Position numbers and translations under genes: made by a program. This document shows positions 34,500 to 43,400 of a stretch of 64,000 nt of DNA, piece by piece. The stretch spans positions 28,027-92,026 of the IMG/VR virus record IMGVR_UViG_3300046740_000431; one strand, 5' to 3'. Numbering within the stretch: the first letter of the stretch is position 1; the number at the start of each line of letters is the position of its first letter. This stretch comes from a virus. The notes under the pieces were generated by a model. The model did no database searches, was not told where the DNA came from, and saw only the letters and a program-made list of their open reading frames with translations.

Positions 34500-35464
34500 G
34501 TAGTCCTCGTGAACAGGTCTCGCTGACCTTCTACTGGCAGGCAGTGAGGCGAGAACCAGATCCGCTCTTTGGCCGACGACCAGGATGCGCTGTTACCCTT
34601 CCAGGCAACGCAGGTCCACGTGGCCGGCATATGCGGTCCGTGCTCGGTGTCCCAGCCGCAGAGCGCGATCCGCAGAGCGGGGTTGTCGCCGTTCTCGAGC
34701 GCCCACGTTCTCGCCGCTGCGGAAAGATCTGGATCGTCCTCGCGGTAGAGACGCTTTTCGCGCTCGTCGTGGGCGTACGGTGAATCAAGCAGCACGCCGC
34801 ACGGGGTCATCCCGTGTGCGGTGTCGATGCCAAGCGTCGACCGGCCGAGCACGCGCATCCAGTCGCCGCAGCAGATCCTGACGCCTCGCAGGCGATCGGA
34901 TAGTGCTCCGAACAGGTCAGCAAGCGGCGGCGCGCCGGTTCGGTGCACGCCCTTGCCGCGATGGGTGAGCGGCTTTTTGCGGCTCGGTGCGTGGATGCCG
35001 TGGCCCGGCGTGCCGACCTTCGGAAGGCAGCGGTGCAGCGCAAGTCGTTCGTCGGCAGAGCACCACCCGTTGCCGATCCACGTGCAGATGCCCCAGACCC
35101 ACCAGCCGGCGATCTTCGAGTCGGAGTACTCGGGGTCGGCGATGAGCTTGTCGAGCAGGGACGGTACCTGCGCAACGAGCCACAGGTGCCGCGCGTGAAG
35201 ATCTGCCTCATTGACCGGCCAGTCAGCCCAGTTCGCTACTTCATCAGGCGTCGCGCGCGTCGCGCGCCAGAAGTTCGCGATCAGGCCGTCCTTGTCGTTG
35301 GCGGTCTCGACCTTGCCGGGTCCGCCGGGCCGCGCGAGCAACGTGGCGAGGCTGCCGGCGAACGGCTCAACGTAGTTCGGCACGTCGCCGAACGCTCGCC
35401 AGATCAGCGATGCAGCGCGGCTCTTGCCACCGAACCACGGGAAAGGCGCGCGCAAGTCGCTCAC
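34496..35464 (-). CDS. Dam-like (D12 class) DNA adenine methyltransferase
   Basis: PFPWFGGKS, YVEPFAGS, AND; catalytic motif reads DSPY. Confidence 0.88.
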   Translation of the reverse strand: MSDLRAPFPWFGGKSRAASLIWRAFGDVPNYVEPFAGSLATLLARPGGPGKVETANDKDGLIANFWRATRATPDEVANWADWPVNEADLHARHLWLVAQVPSLLDKLIADPEYSDSKIAGWWVWGICTWIGNGWCSADERLALHRCLPKVGTPGHGIHAPSRKKPLTHRGKGVHRTGAPPLADLFGALSDRLRGVRICCGDWMRVLGRSTLGIDTAHGMTPCGVLLDSPYAHDEREKRLYREDDPDLSAAARTWALENGDNPALRIALCGWDTEHGPHMPATWTCVAWKGNSASWSSAKERIWFSPHCLPVEGQRDLFTRTT

Positions 35465-36999
35465 CTGACGTGCCAGTCCCCTGCGTCGTCGAATCGGCGC
35501 GCGAAGTCGTCACCCATCGACTGCTGACCTCGCGGCCCCGCCGAGCGCAGGTTGAGCGCCGCTGCGTACTCGAGCTCGGTGTCGTACAAGGCGTGCGATT
35601 TTACGTCCCAGAACATCCTAATGTCAATTTGTCCCTCTCCGTTGTTGTTCTTCAACACCAGCACGTGGAGATCGCTCTGGCTGTTCACGAGCCGGCCGGT
35701 CGCGTCTTTCTTGAGCGGCTCGTACATCCACGGCCGGTGGAGCGCCACGATCAGCTTGCCGGCCATGTCGGCAGCTCCGGTGTCGCGGATGTCCGAGATC
35801 CGCGGCCGCTTGTCGTCGCGCCTCTCCACCTCGCGGTTCAGCTGCGCGAAGATCGCCACGGCGATCTGTTCCTCTTGGGCGAAGTCGCTGAGCACGGCGC
35901 AGACGTGGGAGAGCCCCTCGTCTCGGCTCCTCGCGTGCGCGGGCTGCGGGAACTTCTGCAGGTAGTCGACGATCAGCTGGCCGTACGGCTTCTGCCCCCG
36001 GTGCCGGCGGACCAGGTTCTCGCGGCGGACCCTGCGGACCAGCGCCTCGACGGTCATCCCGGCTGCCGGCAGCAGGCTCTCGGTTCGGGCCGCACGCATC
36101 GCCGCGACGGCTGACTCGACGGCCTCGAGCTCCTCTGCCTTCACGCGCCTGGCGCGGAGCAGCTCGGTACTGACGTGGCTCTCCTGGCCGATGGCACGGA
36201 GGCCGAACGAGGTCTTCCCGTCCTCGTAGGTGGCGAGGAGCGAGTCGATTCCTGCGATGCGCTTCGACGATCGTGCCAGGTGCATCGCCACCGTCGTCTT
36301 CCCGCACCCCGGTCGGGCGATCCAGATCGCCGGCTCGCCGATCGGGTTGCCTCCGGTCTTCAGGTCGAGCGTCGCGATCCCCGTAGGCACCCCGGAGAAC
36401 ACGTCCTTGCCGGCCGCCTTCGCATCCATGTCCGCGCGCAGCTTGGCCGCTTCCTCGGCCATCAGGGCGCCCATCTCGAAGATCGGCCGCTCGTCGCCGG
36501 TCGCCACCGAGAGCAGCGCCACGGTCACGTCGTGCACGAGCTGCTCGCCCTCGATGCCGTCACCCTCGGCCTCCTGGAGCACGGCGCCGATCATCATGCG
36601 GACGTCGCGCGTGATCCGGTGCTTGCGGATGATCTGCGCGTACGCCTCGACGTTGTCGACCGTCGGCACGCGGAGCGTGAGCTCGCCGAGGAACGCGACC
36701 CCGCCGATCGCGTCGAGCTTGCCGGCCTTCTCGATCTCGTTCTCGAGCGTGACGAAGTCGATCGGCATCCGCGCCGCCTCGAGGTTGCGGATGGCCTGGA
36801 ACACAACCTTGTGGCGGTTGTCGTAGAAGTCCTCGACCTCGATGGTGTCGATGAGCGCCAGCGCGTCGTTGCGCAGGATCACGCCGCCGAGAATCGAGGC
36901 CTCGGCATCACCGTTGTGCGCGAGCTGGCCGCGGTACGGATCTGCAGCTGCAGGGGTGTCGCGGCGGCCGCGGTCGTCTCGCTTGCGATCTCGGCTCAC
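35461..36999 (-). CDS. dnaB: replicative DNA helicase
   Basis: N-domain AEASILGG..L / EDFY...HK.VF, Walker A ARPGCGKT, Walker B IVDYLQ, AQLNR, RP.ISDIRDTG. Confidence 0.92.
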   Translation of the reverse strand: MSRDRKRDDRGRRDTPAAADPYRGQLAHNGDAEASILGGVILRNDALALIDTIEVEDFYDNRHKVVFQAIRNLEAARMPIDFVTLENEIEKAGKLDAIGGVAFLGELTLRVPTVDNVEAYAQIIRKHRITRDVRMMIGAVLQEAEGDGIEGEQLVHDVTVALLSVATGDERPIFEMGALMAEEAAKLRADMDAKAAGKDVFSGVPTGIATLDLKTGGNPIGEPAIWIARPGCGKTTVAMHLARSSKRIAGIDSLLATYEDGKTSFGLRAIGQESHVSTELLRARRVKAEELEAVESAVAAMRAARTESLLPAAGMTVEALVRRVRRENLVRRHRGQKPYGQLIVDYLQKFPQPAHARSRDEGLSHVCAVLSDFAQEEQIAVAIFAQLNREVERRDDKRPRISDIRDTGAADMAGKLIVALHRPWMYEPLKKDATGRLVNSQSDLHVLVLKNNNGEGQIDIRMFWDVKSHALYDTELEYAAALNLRSAGPRGQQSMGDDFARRFDDAGDWHVR

Positions 37000-38099
37000 A
37001 GGTTCTCCGGGGTCAGGGTGCGGAACTCGCGAGCGGCTGTCGGGTCTGGCCGGCCGTCAGGTCCGCGCGCCGTCCTGGTCTTGGCGCGCCGGCGCGCCGT
37101 CTGGATGCGATCCCACTTCTCGACGAGCGCGCCTGGGCTCTCGACCTCGAAGCGCGCCTCTGACTGCTGTCCGTGAAACACCCAGTGGACCGTCCTGGCG
37201 ATCTCGGTCCAGGCGTCCGCCTCCGTGGTCTCGGGCTGGGCGTTGGCCATGGCGCGGTGGACCGTCCGGTGGAGCCGGCGGAACGCGTCGGCCCACGCCA
37301 GCCTGCGGCCGGTCCTCGCCTCCCTGTCCCAGGGCACCGTACCGACCACGGCCGAGGGGTGCTCAGCCAAGACCGCACCCCTCAGGTAGTCGGCCGCCGC
37401 GAATGCGCGCTCTGAAATGTTCGCCGCTGCCTGCTTCGTGGTCGGCTGGTCGTGGTCGGCTGGCTTCGTTTCGTCCGCCCAAATGACCAGGGCGTCCTGG
37501 GTCTGGACAGTTGATCTTCTAGGATCTCGGGAGGTTGAAGATCTAAGATCAGAGATCAGATCCGGATCTTCGGAGGATCTCAGGAGATCTTGATAGGACG
37601 GATCTGTGGTTTCGGGCACTTGCGAAATAGTCCAAATGTCCGGTTTAATGTCCGGTTTAATGTCCGGCGGGGGTCCGTACGGAAAATGTGTCAAATGATC
37701 GGATCCATGCCCCTTGGATGGTGATCCAGTGGGCATCGGACTGGCGTTTTCGCCTGTAGTTCCGGCCTGTAGCAGTACCGGCATGGGTGACGAGTAAAAT
37801 GGTCGGCTGTCTCGAAGCACGATCTGGGTGATCCCACCCCTCCCACGCTGTCCCCAGATCTCGCAGAACCCGGACTGCTCCAGTGCCGTGAGCAGCCTGA
37901 CCACGCTGGACCTGCTCACCCGATGCTGGTGAGCGATCCCGTCGATGGTTGCCGAGTACCTGGGGGATCCGTCCCGGATCTCCGCCACCGAGATCAACCA
38001 CATCGCCATGCGAACGTGTTCAGGACGCAGGCGCCACCAGGCGGCGCCCTCGCTCATCGTAGCCCGCAGCCACTCTGCGGCGTTCACGGGCCATCGCAC
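36996..38099 (-). CDS. putative replication initiator (lambda O-like organisation)
   Basis: N-terminal wHTH (TIDGIA....VSRSSVVR.L..LE..GF), low-complexity linker with repeats, directly upstream of dnaB. Confidence 0.7.
   Translation of the reverse strand: MRWPVNAAEWLRATMSEGAAWWRLRPEHVRMAMWLISVAEIRDGSPRYSATIDGIAHQHRVSRSSVVRLLTALEQSGFCEIWGQRGRGGITQIVLRDSRPFYSSPMPVLLQAGTTGENASPMPTGSPSKGHGSDHLTHFPYGPPPDIKPDIKPDIWTISQVPETTDPSYQDLLRSSEDPDLISDLRSSTSRDPRRSTVQTQDALVIWADETKPADHDQPTTKQAAANISERAFAAADYLRGAVLAEHPSAVVGTVPWDREARTGRRLAWADAFRRLHRTVHRAMANAQPETTEADAWTEIARTVHWVFHGQQSEARFEVESPGALVEKWDRIQTARRRAKTRTARGPDGRPDPTAAREFRTLTPENL
37513..37667. repeat. origin-like tract: GATC cluster plus 12-bp tandem repeats
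   Basis: 10 GATC in 37513-37604; AATGTCCGGTTT x2 plus AATGTCCGG at 37635-37667; locally AT-rich. Confidence 0.7.
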
Positions 38100-38329
38100 T
38101 GTGACGGGTTCAGCGTCTTAGCAAATCCCCGAGTCTTGTCCGCCGGATCCCAGCCAGGAAACCGTGGCGTGTGTGGACTCGGGAACTTGATGAGGCGCTG
38201 ATACCGTGACGTCCTGGCGGGGACCATCTCTCAGCGGATACCGGATCCGCGAGACGCAGTGCAAGGCATTTTGCGGCTCATTCGTGCGAATCAGCCACAC
38301 CGCGCGGGGCACACATGAGGCAAAATCGC

Positions 38330-38653
38330 CTACGTGAGATCCCTCACCCAGTGCTCGAGATCGACCGCTCCATCGGTTGCCATCCTGACCAAGAGGATGG
38401 TCTTCGGATGAGGCCAGTGCCGGGCGTTGACGGCGTCGGTGAGGGTCTTCGTCTGCGGGCAGTCGTCCTCGGAGAGCCCGACTTTCGGAGCGAGCTCGCG
38501 GAGCTCGGCGGCGAAGTCAGTCACCGTTCGGTTGCGATCCTGGATCCACCTCGCCAGCGTAGTCCTCGGCTTGAGCGGCGGGCGCCCGCGTAGCTTCGGA
38601 GCCGCGGGCGACACCGCCGTCGACTTGACGTGCGCGGTGGATTTGCGTGCCAT
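38330..38653 (-). CDS. Cro/CI-like HTH regulator with AT-hook-like RGRP
   Basis: TLARWI.....TVTDFA.EL ... P.......V...TDGAV pattern; first gene of the leftward operon. Confidence 0.6.
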   Translation of the reverse strand: MARKSTAHVKSTAVSPAAPKLRGRPPLKPRTTLARWIQDRNRTVTDFAAELRELAPKVGLSEDDCPQTKTLTDAVNARHWPHPKTILLVRMATDGAVDLEHWVRDLT

Positions 38654-38660
38654 GCACGAC

Positions 38661-38751
38661 AAGCTACGCAAGCGGCGATCCACCGACAAGGATCCATTAT
38701 CCGAGCGTCTCGGCAAATCGCTGGACACGGCGAGAGCGCGTGGTGTAGAGC
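38661..38751. promoter_or_regulatory. divergent early promoter region
   Basis: Minus: TTGTCG(38689-38684)-17 bp-TAGCTT(38666-38661)-7 nt-ATG. Plus (weaker): TGGACA(38722-38727)-18 bp-TAGAGC-8 nt-ATG 38760. Confidence 0.5.
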
Positions 38752-38759
38752 TTTTCCGT

Positions 38760-39878
38760 ATGGAAATCACCAACGCGTCCGGTGGCCGGACGCACGCGGT
38801 CGCCGGGCGTAGCCACCTGGTCGCGGTCGACCTCGACCCGGAAGAGGATCGCGAGGCCTGGCTCGAGTCCCGCCGGCAAGGGCACGGCGGCAGCGACGTA
38901 GCCAAGATCGTCGGAGAGCATCCGACGGAGGGCCCCATTGATGTGTTTCTGGCCAGCACCGGGGCCAGCGTCGGATTCGCCGAGAACGAGCGCACCAGAG
39001 GAGGGCGGTTCCTGGAGCCGTTCGTGATCGACTGGTTCGCGACCGGGTCCCCGGCCTGGCCACGCACCGGCGGCCAGTTCCGGGTCGTGAAGCCGCCGAG
39101 CGTCTACCACCGCGACCGGCCGTGGCAGCGGGGTAGCGCAGACGGACTGGGCTACTACCCCGAGGTGATCGCCCACCTTGGCGACGGCGTCGACCTCCTG
39201 CGTAGCATGGTCGCGCCGAGCTTCATGCTCGAGGTGAAGACCCACGGCTGGCTGGGGTCGCGCGGGTACAACCTCGACGACGAGGACAGCCCGCTGATCT
39301 CCGTGCCGCCCGACAAGCGGATCCAGTGCGCGTGGTACATGGCGCTCTACGACGTCGACCTCGCGTTCTTGGCCGCGCTGGTGGACACCCACCTGCGCCG
39401 AACCTTCGCGATCCCGCGCGACCGAGACCTCGAGGCGATGCTGCTCGAGGAGGTCGACACGTTCCGCCGCCGGTACATCCTCACCGGCGAGCCGCCGCCG
39501 CCGGACGGCAGACCGTCGTATCGCGAGTACCTGCGCGGCCGGTTCAAGACCCACGGCGCCGAGCTGGTGTCATCCACGCCTGCCGTCGACCTCGCCGTCG
39601 AGACGCTGATCGCGCTCAAGCGAGACGAGAAGCAGGCAAAGAAAGACCGCGAGCTCGCGGAGCAGACCATCAAGGCTTGCATCGGAGACCAGGAGGGGGT
39701 CAGGACCGCTCACGGCGTGGTGACCTGGCGCTCGCAGCCGAGCGGCAAGCTCCGATCGAAGGAGGCGCTGGCCGAGCTCTACGCGGTAGCCGGCTGGACC
39801 GACGACGAGATCTCCGCGTTCGAGGAGCGCCACAAGCTTCCCGATAACCGCGTGCTTAGAACCCCGACCATCAAGTAA
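38760..39878 (+). CDS. YqaJ / lambda-exonuclease family protein
   Basis: WLESRRQG.GGSD, G..LEP, SADG, LEVKT, QCAWYM. Confidence 0.9.
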   Translation: MEITNASGGRTHAVAGRSHLVAVDLDPEEDREAWLESRRQGHGGSDVAKIVGEHPTEGPIDVFLASTGASVGFAENERTRGGRFLEPFVIDWFATGSPAWPRTGGQFRVVKPPSVYHRDRPWQRGSADGLGYYPEVIAHLGDGVDLLRSMVAPSFMLEVKTHGWLGSRGYNLDDEDSPLISVPPDKRIQCAWYMALYDVDLAFLAALVDTHLRRTFAIPRDRDLEAMLLEEVDTFRRRYILTGEPPPPDGRPSYREYLRGRFKTHGAELVSSTPAVDLAVETLIALKRDEKQAKKDRELAEQTIKACIGDQEGVRTAHGVVTWRSQPSGKLRSKEALAELYAVAGWTDDEISAFEERHKLPDNRVLRTPTIK

Positions 39879-39891
39879 GGACACAGACCAC

Positions 39892-41043
39892 ATGCAACAG
39901 AAGTCACCAACGCCACCGCCAGCTCCACCCGGACCGCTGTTCAGCCCGTCGGGACTCACCGTGGGGCCGACCGGCGACATGGTGTCCGGCACGCCCAACC
40001 GGGATCCAATGCCGACGCAGGGGCCCGGAAGCGCCGCCGGTGAGGTCGGAGACAAGAGCGCCGCGAAAGCGTTCTCCGATGGCTCGCAGGCGGCAGAAGG
40101 AATCGCACGCGCCGACGCCGGTGACGCCGACCAGCCGCCCGCCGCATCGACATCTCCGCGCCAGGATCAGCCAGCTGGGCAGCCCACCCAGGCTCGCACC
40201 CCGGTCTCCTTCGAGCCCACCAACGCCGACGAGATGTACCGCTACGCGAAGATGCTGGCCGGCTCTACGCTGCTCCCTCGCGGGTTCTACGACCGCGACG
40301 ACAAGGAACGAAAAAATCCGAGGATCGCCGACGTTCACTTCGTCCTTATCAAGGGTCAGGCGCTGGGGCTCCACCCGCAGGTCGCGATCGGCAACATCAA
40401 CGTCATCGAGGGGAAGGCGGAGATCGGAGCTACGCTGATGGTAGCGCTCTGCCTGCGCTCTGGGCTGTGCGAGTACTTCGAGCTCGTCAAGAGCGACGAG
40501 AGGTCGGCCACCTTCGTCACCAAGCGAGTCGGCGGCCGGCGCGAGATCGAGTTCTCCTACTCGATCGAGGAGGCCGAGCAGATGGGGCTCCTTGACAAGG
40601 GCAGCACTCAATGGGCCAAGGAGAACAACCAGTGGCGTAAGCAGCCGCGCACCATGTTGCGGAGACGGTGTCAAACCGCCCTGGCCCGCGAGGTCTACCC
40701 AGATATCGTGATGGGGCTCTACGACCACGACGAGCTCGCCGAGATGCGCGACCGCGAGCTGGCGCTCGGCATCAACCCGGCCACGGTGATCGCGATGAAC
40801 GGGATCGCCGCCGCGCCGCATCCTGCGCTGGCCGAGCGCTCGGAGCCCGACCTGTTCGCCAAGGCGGCCGCGGGCGCCGTCGACGCGTTCAAGCACGCCT
40901 ACCCGAGCGCCGCCGACCCGCTCAAGCAACGCATGGCCGAGCGCAGGGAGATCAGCCTCCGCAGGTGCTCGCTGTGCCAGACCCCGCTCGATCCGCGCGA
41001 TACCGATCCGTGCATCGCGTGCCGGCCAGACGACCGAGAGTAA
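39892..41043 (+). CDS. recT: RecT-like single-strand annealing protein
   Basis: G..LGL.P..A..NINVIEGK, SIEEA..MGL, W.KQPRTML..R, AR..YPD...GLY..DEL; follows the exonuclease. Confidence 0.8.
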   Translation: MQQKSPTPPPAPPGPLFSPSGLTVGPTGDMVSGTPNRDPMPTQGPGSAAGEVGDKSAAKAFSDGSQAAEGIARADAGDADQPPAASTSPRQDQPAGQPTQARTPVSFEPTNADEMYRYAKMLAGSTLLPRGFYDRDDKERKNPRIADVHFVLIKGQALGLHPQVAIGNINVIEGKAEIGATLMVALCLRSGLCEYFELVKSDERSATFVTKRVGGRREIEFSYSIEEAEQMGLLDKGSTQWAKENNQWRKQPRTMLRRRCQTALAREVYPDIVMGLYDHDELAEMRDRELALGINPATVIAMNGIAAAPHPALAERSEPDLFAKAAAGAVDAFKHAYPSAADPLKQRMAERREISLRRCSLCQTPLDPRDTDPCIACRPDDRE

Positions 41044-41085
41044 CAAGTAGCTACCACCGCCAGAGGCGGTAACCAGAAAGGCATC

Positions 41086-42606
41086 ATGGCAGCGCAAGAA
41101 ATCCAGCAGATTCGTGGAGCCCACCTCCACATCCCAGATCATCACCATCGCCAGTGCTGGGGGGATATGCCGTCGCTTCGCGACAGCATTCTCTCTGAAG
41201 GGGTCTTGGTACCGCTCGAGGTTCGCAAGAGGAAGGAGGGTGGTTACTGGATCGTCTGGGGGGTCCGCCGGTTCAAGGCTGGCGGGATGGCTGAGCTCAA
41301 GACGTTCCCCTGCATCGTCGTCGACATCGACGAAGAAGAGGCGATGTCCAGGCAGTTCGCCGAGAACCGAGACCGGGAAGGGCACCATCCGCTCGACGTC
41401 GCCCTTTACTGCGGCGATTTCGCCAACCAAGGCAGGGATCACAACTGGATCGCCAAGCGGCTCCACCTAAAGAAGCGTGACGTCGTGCAGAAGCTCCGGC
41501 TGCTCGCGCTCTCCCCGGCAGCGCGGAAGGCGTTCGTCGCTGGCAAGTTCGACGAGGACGCGGCGGTCGCGCTCACCACGACCAGCGACCCGGCGAAGCA
41601 GGCCGACGTGCTGGCCGCGCTCGACGCGGGATCGCTTCAGGCCGAAGAGATCGTCGGGTACATCCGGCGGACGTTCACGGCGCCGCTCGACGACGTCCCG
41701 TGGCGGGTGAGCGACGAGAAGCTCGTCGCGAAGGCCGGGGCGTGCGGGCCGTGCCCGAAGAGATCGGACGTACAGCGCGACATGTTCCCGAGGGAATCGA
41801 CCGGCCTCCGCTGCCTCGACGTCGACTGCTGGCGCTCGAAGATGGAGGCGACGTGGAAGATCGAGCTGGCCCGCCCCGGGGTCGTGTTGTTCGACCAGCA
41901 GACCGACTCGGTGTTCGCGGTCACCGACAGCAGGCCGAGCGTCATCAGGTCGTCCGGCATGGTCGATGCCGACGTCGCGTGCCCGCACATGACGACCACG
42001 AGGACGTGGCGCGAGGCGGTCTTCTCCGCCCTCCCCGAGGGCGCGGAGCCGCCCACGGTCTACCTGGCCAGAGACCAGGACGGCCGGCCCAGGTTCCTGA
42101 TGCGCGAGGCCACGGTCTCGAGGATCGTGAAGCGCTCGCCGGGCGCGCGGCGCGATCAGGATGACGACGCGCCGGCCAAAACACCGGCGGGCGCGCAGCC
42201 GAGCCCGGCGGGTGACGCTGGCGCGACGTCGCGGCGTGCCGAGAACCGCATCCGGCGATCGATGATCCAGACGTTCGCCGAGCGCGTGGTGTCTGGAGAT
42301 CACGACACCTGGGCGTGGGTGGTCGACCGCATGCTCGACGGCGCTACGCCGAGGTCCCTGTCCGCCGCGGCCGACCTGCTCGAGGACTCGATCCGTGGGC
42401 TCGACCAGGACGGCCTCACCGCCAAGGGCGGCCTGGCCGCGCTGGCCGCTACCGCCAATCGCCAGGCGCGCCGCGTGGCGACGGCGATCATGATCTTCGA
42501 GGAGGCCGACGTCGTCGGCGAGATCTCCGAGTCGCTCCACGCGCTCGCCAAGTCGTGCGATCTCGACCTGGCGACGATCGAGCGCGAGATCAGGTCCCCA
42601 GCGTGA
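41086..42606 (+). CDS. ParB/Spo0J-family protein
   Basis: L..SI...GVL.PL.VR, IV.G.RRFKA, EN..RE...PLD.A, HTH, then C..CPKR...C....CW. Confidence 0.85.
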   Translation: MAAQEIQQIRGAHLHIPDHHHRQCWGDMPSLRDSILSEGVLVPLEVRKRKEGGYWIVWGVRRFKAGGMAELKTFPCIVVDIDEEEAMSRQFAENRDREGHHPLDVALYCGDFANQGRDHNWIAKRLHLKKRDVVQKLRLLALSPAARKAFVAGKFDEDAAVALTTTSDPAKQADVLAALDAGSLQAEEIVGYIRRTFTAPLDDVPWRVSDEKLVAKAGACGPCPKRSDVQRDMFPRESTGLRCLDVDCWRSKMEATWKIELARPGVVLFDQQTDSVFAVTDSRPSVIRSSGMVDADVACPHMTTTRTWREAVFSALPEGAEPPTVYLARDQDGRPRFLMREATVSRIVKRSPGARRDQDDDAPAKTPAGAQPSPAGDAGATSRRAENRIRRSMIQTFAERVVSGDHDTWAWVVDRMLDGATPRSLSAAADLLEDSIRGLDQDGLTAKGGLAALAATANRQARRVATAIMIFEEADVVGEISESLHALAKSCDLDLATIEREIRSPA

Positions 42607-43145
42607 CCACCGAGCTTCTCGGCGCGAGCAGGATCGACGGGCCCGCCGCCTGCTCGAAGATCCTGCTCGTCGGTGAGCTCAATCCGTACGGGGCCGAGGC
42701 CAGGTACGCGCTCTACCACGAGCCACGCCAGGCGGCCGGCTTCCGGCTCCAGCACAAAATCCTCGGCGTCAACGCTCGCCACACCTACCTGCCGATGTGG
42801 CGCACCAACCTGTGCGCCGGGTCGTGGCAGAGCGACGAAGCGGCGAAGCGCGCATCCACGCTGACCGGGCCTGGCGCGCCTTGGAAAGTCGTCGTGATGC
42901 TCGGGGTGAAGGTCGTCAAGGCGTTCAGCGGGATCTCGGTCATCGGCAAGCTCGAGATGTTCTCGAGCGTCACCGTCGAGGTGTCCAGCAAGCCGGTGAT
43001 GACCTTCGTCGCGCTTCCGCACCCGAGCGGAAGGAACACGATCTGGAACGGCAAGGGCGCCGTCCAACTCGCACGCCGGCTGCTCGCCGCGGCTGCGCCT
43101 GACATCCACTGGGGCGAGATCGACACGACCACAGGAGAGCCATGA
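42603..43145 (+). CDS. uracil-DNA glycosylase superfamily-like protein
   Basis: ILLVGE.NP, AG.RL, TNLC, VVMLG, LPHPSGRN..WN; GTG coupled to the parB stop. Confidence 0.65.
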   Translation: MTTELLGASRIDGPAACSKILLVGELNPYGAEARYALYHEPRQAAGFRLQHKILGVNARHTYLPMWRTNLCAGSWQSDEAAKRASTLTGPGAPWKVVVMLGVKVVKAFSGISVIGKLEMFSSVTVEVSSKPVMTFVALPHPSGRNTIWNGKGAVQLARRLLAAAAPDIHWGEIDTTTGEP

Positions 43146-43393
43146 GCGAGCAACCCGACACCACCACAACCACCACGCCTCCGCCGGCGCCGCCGGACAC
43201 CCTCACGCAGAGACAGCAGCAGGTCGCGATCCTGCTCGCGCTCGGTCGCAACCACCACGAGATCGCGACCGAGATCGGCTGCGGGGTCAAGACCGTCGAC
43301 ACCCACCGCGCATCGGTCCTGTCCAGGCTCAAGCTTCGCAACAACGTCGAGCTCGCCCGGCATGCGCTGCGCGAGGGGTGGGTTACGCTGTGA
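43142..43393 (+). CDS. stand-alone LuxR-type HTH regulator
   Basis: LTQRQQQVA.LLA.G....EIA..IG..VKTVDTHR..V..RL......EL.R.A. Confidence 0.9.
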   Translation: MSEQPDTTTTTTPPPAPPDTLTQRQQQVAILLALGRNHHEIATEIGCGVKTVDTHRASVLSRLKLRNNVELARHALREGWVTL

Positions 43394-43400
43394 CGCAGCC

